A stretch of 64,000 nt of DNA, taken from the NCBI GenBank assembly GCA_051362555.1, contig CM120646.1, forward strand, positions 17,050,001 through 17,114,000, written 5' to 3'. Positions within the stretch are counted from its first letter, which is position 1. Each line of letters opens with the position of its first letter. This document shows, piece after piece, positions 55,441-64,000 of this stretch. The notes beneath the pieces are model-generated. The model ran no database searches and was not told the origin of the DNA. It worked only from the letters and a program-made list of their open reading frames with translations. The translations under genes and the position numbers were made by a program. Source of the stretch: Lingula anatina (taxonomy: Eukaryota > Animalia > Brachiopoda).

Positions 55441-58400
55441 TTAAATTTCGGAAGAAGCTTCTTCGCCAAGACGTTCTATTTCGTCCAGCAGGAAATCTAT
55501 ATCGGACTTGGTGGAGGCATTGTTGGAGATTATCATGCGGAAGAAGTTGGGTTGATTCCCGTGAGGTTGGTAGCCAATCATAGTAGTTCCCGCCTCCATC
55601 ATCAGACCCTTTACACGTGGAGCCACCTATAGACGAAACGGTGAATTGTCTCTGTGAATACCTAATTTTACAGCTTCAGAATTTAAATCTAAAATTTTCT
55701 TTCTTGAACAGAAACGCACAAGAAGATAATCGTACCAAAAATTAATCATAACCTTAATTGCGCACTGAGTAAACAAGATTGACTTGAAGACTCGATTATA
55801 ACCCATCCCATTTTTTCTTAGCGAACCACCTGTCTGTAATATTTCTCCCGTTACTGAAATTCTATCTTACCAGGTTAAGTTTGTAGTCTCTGTCTGGCCC
55901 GGGGGCCATCTTTCTCATGGACCTGGGCACATACCAGAAGCAGATGTTCGTACACTCAGGCTGTAAGAAAAATAAGGCACTGCTACAAATTTTACAGAGA
56001 GAGAGAGAGAGAGAGAGAGAGGAGGAAAGGGAGGCACGACCGACGGAAACATGACTGAAAAGCTGCACGGCTGAGAGCACAGGTAGAACTGTCAACATTT
56101 ACTGTTAAATAATTGAAGTTAACATCTTTATTTTGCTCATATTACTTACCTCTTCTAGAACCATTTCAAAGCCTTCCCTTGCGGCAAGCCTATCAAGCAT
56201 GTATCTAAAAAGAAAAGCAAGGCAATGAGCTTACAGCGAATCAGACAAGAAAAACAAAAACAATTCCTGCAAACGAGATCTTGAGACTTATTTGCAAAAC
56301 TACTTCTTGACATGATCTCTAAGTAATTTTGAGACAGTCACGTGTGCGTCACTTACAATGCAAGCGTGAGGTTGTGCAATTTCCTTTTAGTCTTGGAAAT
56401 ATGTAAATATTACTTTTAAAATATTTTATAAACAATGTTCAACCTGAATAACAGCGTTTGCTTTCCCTTCAATACTAGGAATAAGAAAACCAATGATCAA
56501 TTTACACATTCATGAAGTTAAGTTTAACTGCCGTTATGAATAAGAATGAAATCGAAATATTCTACAGTGAAATAAACACTAACCTTTTCAGATCAAACAA
56601 CCTGTTAATATGGCTTTCAAGACCAGCATCTCCCTGCAACGAAAAAGCTTTTGTTGAATTATGTATGTTTTCAACAATGGTTGATATATAACCTAAATCC
56701 CATCGAAACTGAGGATCTACATGTAGTTCCGCTATAAAATGGGACATAAATTCCGTAGACACAATGTACTTTTATTTGTAATACGACCAAAAATAGGTAA
56801 GGAAAGTGTTAAATTAACAAAATCAAAACAACTGCTAATAATTAAGGCAGCGAATCAAATTAAAAAGTCTGAGAAAATACTGCAAGAGAAGTAACATGAC
56901 GGCAAACAATACTTTGGAATTATTGTGATGACGGAATCTAGCATGCCTCGATCAGAACGAAACGAAATGACCAAATTTCCAGTATGAAAGATCTGCGTTC
57001 TTAGTCACAAAGTAAATGTTCTGCAATATATTACTTAACCTTGTAAAAATAAGAGAATAACAAGTACACAAGGTGACGCTCATACATGAGTCTTATACAA
57101 CCCATGTGTGTTAACCAGTCGAAGAAGCTCTTTTGCTCCACATTTGCCATACCTTCGCTCTCCACATGAGCCAGAACTTGAAGATGTCGTTGTGCCGTCC
57201 ACATTGGATCGCCTTGTCACCTGTGTCATAGCTGACGTCATAGTTCTTGTCCTGCTGAAACAGGTAGTCCGCGCACATGGAGTTACAGTGTGCCAAAAGA
57301 TCCTGCAAAGATATGAAAAAAGTTTAATATTTTGCTTTCGTTTTTATTCTCTTGAAATTGTTCGCTCATAACATGTCAAATTACTAAAACTGTGTAATTA
57401 TTATTATTATTATTATTTGTAAATAAATTCCAAAAGGAAAATAAAAGTATTATTTCGATTCTGAGTTAGACACTTTCGCTTTCAATAAAATGCCCTATTG
57501 CTTGTCTGAGTAGAGATGATTTATTTTTGTTCCTGATATGTTACTCATAATAGCAGTAAATTCAAAGTAATTAAAAAATTAAAATTAAATAATAAAAAGA
57601 ACCAACCTTGTGTTTCAACAGAATTGCCGAGCACTGCAGAGTAACGCCCAACATCTTATGTGGGTTCCATGTCACAGAATCGGCTCTGGGAATAACGACA
57701 GATTACATAGTATTATATATTAATGGGATTGACGAAAAACGGTGAAATATTGGCAAAGACAAACCAAGAAATTTGTTTGAAAACCATACCAATGATGCGC
57801 TTAGCTTTTTTTTTTTTTTTTTCGAATGCCGGTACTACTACGAAAAAGATCCCCTACTCTTCTTAAGCAAGTATTTATATTTTTCAAAACAAAACGGCGG
57901 ATTGAGCGCCAGGTATGATCCAGAACACATGCTTACCTGTGGATCCCCTTCACCAGATGTTTGTGTTTGCTAGACACCAATACACCACCGCCCCATGCGC
58001 ACTAAAACATAACACAAAAGCACGGTCATAGAATTCAAACTTCAGTTAAAGAAAACGGCATTTGACACACCTGACTTCAGCACATTGGAGAGTAGGGTAT
58101 TCAAGAAACCTGAGAATATGCGTCGAAGCACATGGCATTTTTAAAATTAAAATTAACATTACCTGCCTCAGTAAAGCACTTTTCGTCCCTATTTTAAACA
58201 CTTGAATGTACATGTATGAAATGCCTGTTCTTCCAACGACCTCAGGTACTAATAGCTAATGGCCAATATTGGTCTTGCTGTATTTAACAGATATCTTCAC
58301 TCATTGTCTTTAGTGAAAAATTAAAAAAAGCGATACGTAAAAACCTACATCAACGTGAAGCCAAATGTTATGTTTTTCACAGACATCGGCGATTTCATCA

Positions 58401-61400
58401 ATGGGGTCGTAAGCACCGTAGACAGTAGTGCCGCCGGTAGCGTTCACGAAGAACGGGACAGCACCGTCACATTTGGCGGCCACTATGGCTTTCTCGAGTT
58501 CTGCAGGGATCATTTTCCCTCTGAAACAAAACAATACTCATCATCATCATCCTGTCTCATTTATCTCAGAAAGCAGATATTACTGGAAAATTATGACAAC
58601 TCTGATATTCTTTTATTTATTTGATAAAAAAATATCAAAGCGAAAATAAAAATGTCAACATTCAGTCCTGCGGGTGCAGACAAACGTCTCGAGTTTGTCC
58701 AGCCATATAACGTGGAACAAATTCATTGCGTAAAACAGACCATGGATATGCCGTTGGAATGAGTGTATCTTTGGACGGGAATCAATGTATGCGACCGTAG
58801 CTATATACTGTAAATATACACTTTTGCTTTTATGTGCTGTCCATTGCGCGCTCTCTCTCTCTCTCTCGCTGTGTGTGTGTGTGTGTGTGTGCGTGTGTGT
58901 GTGTGTCCGTAAATGGAGGGGCAAGCGCGCAACGTACCTTTTATCTGTTTTGATGGCCATCACGTTGTCTGTGCCTATTCCAAGTACGGCTCCAGCACTT
59001 TTGAACGAAAAATGACTCTGGAATAGAAAAACACAAAATGAATATGGAATAACAAGAACAAGTGCGGAGAAATGTTCAAAGGAATAGGAAAAAGACAAGT
59101 ACAATGTTTTAAACATAAAGGGAAAAGATAATCAGCATTGAAATGGCAAGGATACTGCAACACAAACCATCGTTTATTATTAACCGCCATACTAATTATA
59201 AGTGCTGAGTGACCGATACTAGTAATTCAATTTTAAATCATTTAAAATGATTAATACATCAAAATCAATAAGCTCTCCTTCACCAAATATAATTTGTTTC
59301 AAGTACACCGTAACTCGTAATTATTAATTTTCACTTACGTCCTCCGATGTAAACATCACCATACGAGGAAGCCCGTTCAAGCCCTTGGATTTAACATCAG
59401 GGTTGGCACGAAATCTGGCCACCAGAACACCGTACAAATTGGATATAGCACCACCTGGCGAGGAAAAATACTGTATTTAATATAATGGTTTTACTGGTTT
59501 GTTCGCTCCTTCCAAATTTGAAGAAAAAATACATCGAATATAAGATAGTTATTGTCTTTTTTCTAGTACGTTTACGTGGTTTTCAGACATTCCAACATCA
59601 ACTCTAGGAAGGCCAAATGATAGATAGAATGGAATAATAAAATAAATTAACAGATGTAAGGAACAGAACTTCCCGTCCTTTGGCTGGGTGGATAAAAGGA
59701 TAGACAGAAAGACTAACAAAGTGACAAAGTACATACAGTCAGACACGCACGCCAGAGCCTAGCACACTGGTTGGTGGGTCCTTAATCAAGAGAAACGTGT
59801 CGGACGGATACTTTGTTAGATTGGGATGAAAAATTACTTTCACTCAAACGGCGATACAAACTAGACTCGGATACAAAGTATGTAGTAATTTTGTCTACCT
59901 GGTGCAAAGATGCCATCGCCGTCTTCCCAGCCGATCACTTGGCGCATGCGCTGCAGCACCATGTCTTCCATCAGAGTGAAAACAGGGGCGATTTCATAGG
60001 TGAACCTTTACAAACAGAACAAAATACCTTTATTAGCATTCCCATTTAAAAGAAAAATGTTGTGAGTCTTATATTCGATATTTTTAAATATTAAAATAAG
60101 GTGTGTTCTTTTAAGAGGCTTTGAGCAAACTCCGAGTCAATCATTGGTGACATTACCGGTTGAAGATTTCCATCACGTCCCAAAAAGTGCTACATGGATG
60201 GAACGTTATTCTCTGTGAGTTACTAGTAAATAGTTTAAGGGAAATCTCAGGCGAAAAGCCGTCTTAACAGAATTAGAATTTATGCTATGATATCGCGGTT
60301 TGACTCGTTATTAATTCGGCGTTCGTGCTCACAAATCTGAGGCTCGTTGTCGCAAACGGCAATTATCGTTTATGAGACCGGGCTTAGCCCCAGGGCCCAG
60401 CCTACTGTACTTGTATACTGGGTGGGTCCTAGGTTCAGGGGAGGATCCAGCGATATTTTCTGACAGGCCTCCAAATTATCTTTATTGATCCATCCTCCAT
60501 TTTTGAACGTCTTCTGACAGAAAAAATTAGATACCCGTCAATGTAAACTTGAAATCTGACCGTCTCCCCGAAAACCCAGAAGACGGCCTAAATCCACCCC
60601 TGTAGTTAACCATAGGAAGGACGCACCCTGGGGTTCAAACGCGAGGGGTGACCCTCCTCTACATACAGCATACTAACTTACATATTGGTATTAGCGGTGG
60701 CGGTAAGCCATTCTCCAGCTAGAGCGATGACGTCAAGTCCACTGGATATTTGATTGAAGAAGCGAGGGTGACCTGAGAAAATAAGTAATTATGATAGGCA
60801 TTTCTTTCATAGAAAAAGATACATGATTGCTAAATCTTGTCTAAGACTGGCCAGTTTGAATTGGAAGTGATGTCGGTGCGATGGCCTCATGGAAAGCACA
60901 GAAAGGACGCGAAAGGAAGGCTTAGAGGTAATATAAACAACTCGTAGGCGTATTTTGACAGGTTTTATCGGATACCAGATGTTTCTTTCCCATTTTCATG
61001 GCATCTATTGCAATGGAGTTGTTCAGCGGTATGACTCAATGTATTCTAGGAGTGCGATGCAACTTATTATGCATAATAAATATTATATTTGCACAAACAC
61101 ACAAACAAAAGACGCACAGAGAGAGGGGGCGAGGTAAGAAATAACTTTCCTCTGTTGGTAAGTTTGGCACACGAACTCAAACAATACTATAACTTATTAA
61201 ATGGATACCTATTTTAATCTAGCTGTTATTCCGTTGGTGGTCGAATCGTTCACGTTTACATATCATACTGTACTGACAACAAAATGTCAAAAAAATTATA
61301 ATACGATAACCACATGTACTTTACTTCACCAGTTAAGGCGATTGTATGTTGTATGTGGATCACAAACATCACTCCAAATTTAAAAGCGTTATTGATCAAG

Positions 61401-63725
61401 TAAAATCCCTTACAATCAGCATGGATAATTTCTCATTAGGCAAAAACAAATACATTATTAGCGCACGTTACTTCAGTAGTATTGTATTTAATAATTAGAC
61501 TGGTAATTAGATATATCTGTATGTAAGAGGATTACACTCATGAGGGATGGTCGATATAATAAGGTATTGACACTCTACTGGCTGTCTTAATGTCACACTC
61601 AGATTATGAAAAGATGAATTATAAATGAGGATAGTTATACACTTAATTTGCCAGCGTTTGGTTTGCTGTCATCAAAGCGAATTCCATAAATAAACGTTTC
61701 TGATAAACTTTTTGATTTGATTCCATTTAAATATTTTTTTCACAGATTACGAGAACAATGCAAGATAAGCTATGGATCCACTTCGGGCAGGGCCTTATAG
61801 AGTAATTAATTAATATATTTTTTGTTGTTTATTCATAACTAATCGATCGATCTTTGTATTTATCAATTTATTAAGTAATCAGTTGATTTATTTGTATATT
61901 CATTACGATGGAAAGAACATCATCATAAGCCTACATGTCCATACCTGTTTTGACGCAATATTTCAACGTTTCTTTACAATCGCTGAGAATCTGTTCCAAA
62001 TCTCTGGCAGTTTCTGGGAGCTCTAGGCAATGGCCCATCTCCTCCTTTAGTTGGTGTGGGTGGTGGAAATCCAACACCTACAAAACATTAAGAATGACAG
62101 TAACTCGAGGAAAAACAAGGCGCATTTATTTTGGTATCTTCATCCTTTTTAAAACTCTAATCTTAACTTTCAGTAAATGAAAATAAATTGTGCCGCAATG
62201 GTCAATTTTTAGCCCGTTTAAAAATGGTGCTGCATATGTCTGCGTGCGTTCAGCTCAGACATGCTTCGTACTGGGAGAACTTAGGGCCTTTCAAATATAT
62301 TTTTACCCTCTGTTTCCAACATGGAATATCTTAACTTTAAAGGAAATAATGGATTAAAACATTTTTAAATGTCGCCATAGAACTGTGCTTGATATAATGG
62401 CATCAATTTTGATGTTGTGGTAAGGTACTCACTTTGCTTGAGCGATCGTTGCTCTTGCGCACATACTCCATCAGAATATCGGTCAATTCTAAAAAGAACT
62501 GCATGGTCCTCGCAGATCCCTGAGGGGTAGGGAGTAGGTCTGGAGAAAAACATGAACAAAAAAAAGCTCCAAATATGCTGGTTAACGGAAAACGTTTCTA
62601 GAGATACATTCATGAAATTTCATTTAGAATGGTTAACGGAACCAGTTGCAACAATGATAAAAAAATGAGTACCCTAAAATAAAAACTGAACCTCCAAGAC
62701 AGTCTGTATCAGTAAATAGACGATGGGTTACCCTAAAAATGTAGAAAAGGGAAAGGGGTGAAAGTTGCACCTATTCTTAACCTATCATTGCCCCAAATTA
62801 CTTGAAACACAAAAGGTAAAATTTGGAAGGTACTGTAATTGTTCCTTTTTTACGCGTGGGGGTGGGTCTAAACTGGTCATTGGGTTGGGACCCAGAGGCA
62901 CAACCTATAGCCGACAGACAGACCGCATTTGATAACCACACCGATCATATAAGTTTGATTGCAATATCACATTAGTTTGAATGGGATATCATGTAAGCAA
63001 CGCCTACAGCTGTATCTATATAACAACATGATATGTACGTCCCTTCACTGATATTGAATATCGAAGGGAAAGCACAGATGCTGTCTTATATACAATTTCA
63101 AGTTCTGTTATTGTTATAGAAGTAGAAGATGTACAGTCACTGTACAAATGATTTCGATTGAGAAACTAGTAAACATGGTTGTGCACTAAGAAACCCGTGT
63201 GATTCTTGCCGAAAGTTCCGTGTCAAGTAAAGTGATATTTTCGATTACATATCCATATCGATATCGCAATAAGTTACGCATTAGTGACATTGCAGTCATC
63301 GATTTGCTTCTAACTGGTACAAACCTGACATTTCTTGAATTATAGTGCTATGCTGCTTTCTTGTTTGCTGCTTAAATCAAGCTTTGATGGGCATTTTAAA
63401 ATTGTCGTGCTGCGTTGCTTTCAGCAATTTAAATCGGACAAATAATATCATTACTATACTTAGGAACCTGAAATATTAGACTTAAAAATAAATGACCAAT
63501 CCGTGGTATCTAAAGAGCATTCCCAAATAAAAAAATCGCACGCGAGAACCTACCTCGGCCATAAACGCCTTCAAACGGGGTCCAGTCGCTCGATTCTTGG
63601 ACCTTTTTCTTCTGGTTATTCTCATCGTCCTGTGAAAGTCTGTTCTTTGACGCGTGGCCCGCTTTGAACGCATTACGTCTTCTTTGGTATCTCAGCACTG
63701 CTTCCAGGTCAAATGATGAGGACAT
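55441..63725 (-). CDS. GAD1: Glutamate decarboxylase (PLP-dependent group II decarboxylase), at least 550 aa
   Basis: Exons 63725-63554, 62539-62433, 62077-61945, 60772-60682, 60005-59899, 59454-59339, 59017-58938, 58520-58349, 58001-57937, 57685-57607, 57302-57153, 56633-56584, 56204-56150, 55960-55871, 55626-55441 (1653 nt, in frame). Motifs [46 protein letters not shown] (PLP lysine), [31 protein letters not shown]. The frame stays open up to the acceptor at 63819, so the true start may lie outside the window. Confidence 0.93.
60436..60602. mobile_element. hAT-like MITE remnant in a GAD intron
   Basis: Termini CAGGGGAGGAT / ATCCACCCCTG; TSD not clear. Confidence 0.5.
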
Positions 63726-64000
63726 TGTGAAGGTTTTGTGTCTCTTTCGCTGGATACCCGGTATGTTATCGTGATATTGGAGGGCTTGGTCCAATATTGT
63801 TAACTCTGAGATGTGGTTCCTGGAAAATATAAAAGGTGCATGTGTTGTGTTTCCCGTAATTCAAAAATTTTCAGGAAAAAAAACGAAGTTATCTGTCTGG
63901 ATATGTACTCCGATATTTAAGGGTCCTAGATTGACATGGGTATCTCTGTTCAGTTGTATTATGTCACTGAAACGCGGAAGTTGTTCATGTGGTCGCACGC

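Noticed and set aside
60728-60735. Perfect CRE palindrome TGACGTCA
   Set aside because: Lies in a GAD coding exon (L-D-V-I codons), as does the one near 57233; probably incidental.

Overview
AT-rich, intron-rich animal genomic DNA; the GAD and Rheb sequences look lophotrochozoan (mollusc-like), which is an inference. No prokaryotic features, CRISPR, rRNA or tRNA were seen. Genes from left to right: (1) two intronless, head-to-head paralogous multi-pass membrane protein genes (<1..1005 minus, 4981..6681 plus), separated by a 3x377-bp tandem repeat; (2) a secreted prepropeptide (9060..9911 minus) encoding two long SRW-amide peptides that I cannot assign to a known family, with a TATA/Inr/CRE promoter; (3) Rheb, 8 coding exons; (4) a TANK/AZI2(NAP1)/TBKBP1-like TBK1 adaptor with tandem UBZ zinc fingers and clustered NF-kB sites; (5) MCM6, 18 exons, with an E2F promoter and one GC-AG intron; (6) glutamate decarboxylase, 15 coding exons, minus strand. 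Many non-autonomous DNA transposons (MITEs) are present, several nested, and one carries a RecQ-helicase relic. The best novelty candidate is the SRWamide precursor (QRFP/26RFa-like or divergent CCK/sulfakinin-like). Exon coordinates were read by hand and checked for phase continuity. Family assignments rest on remembered motifs, not database searches.
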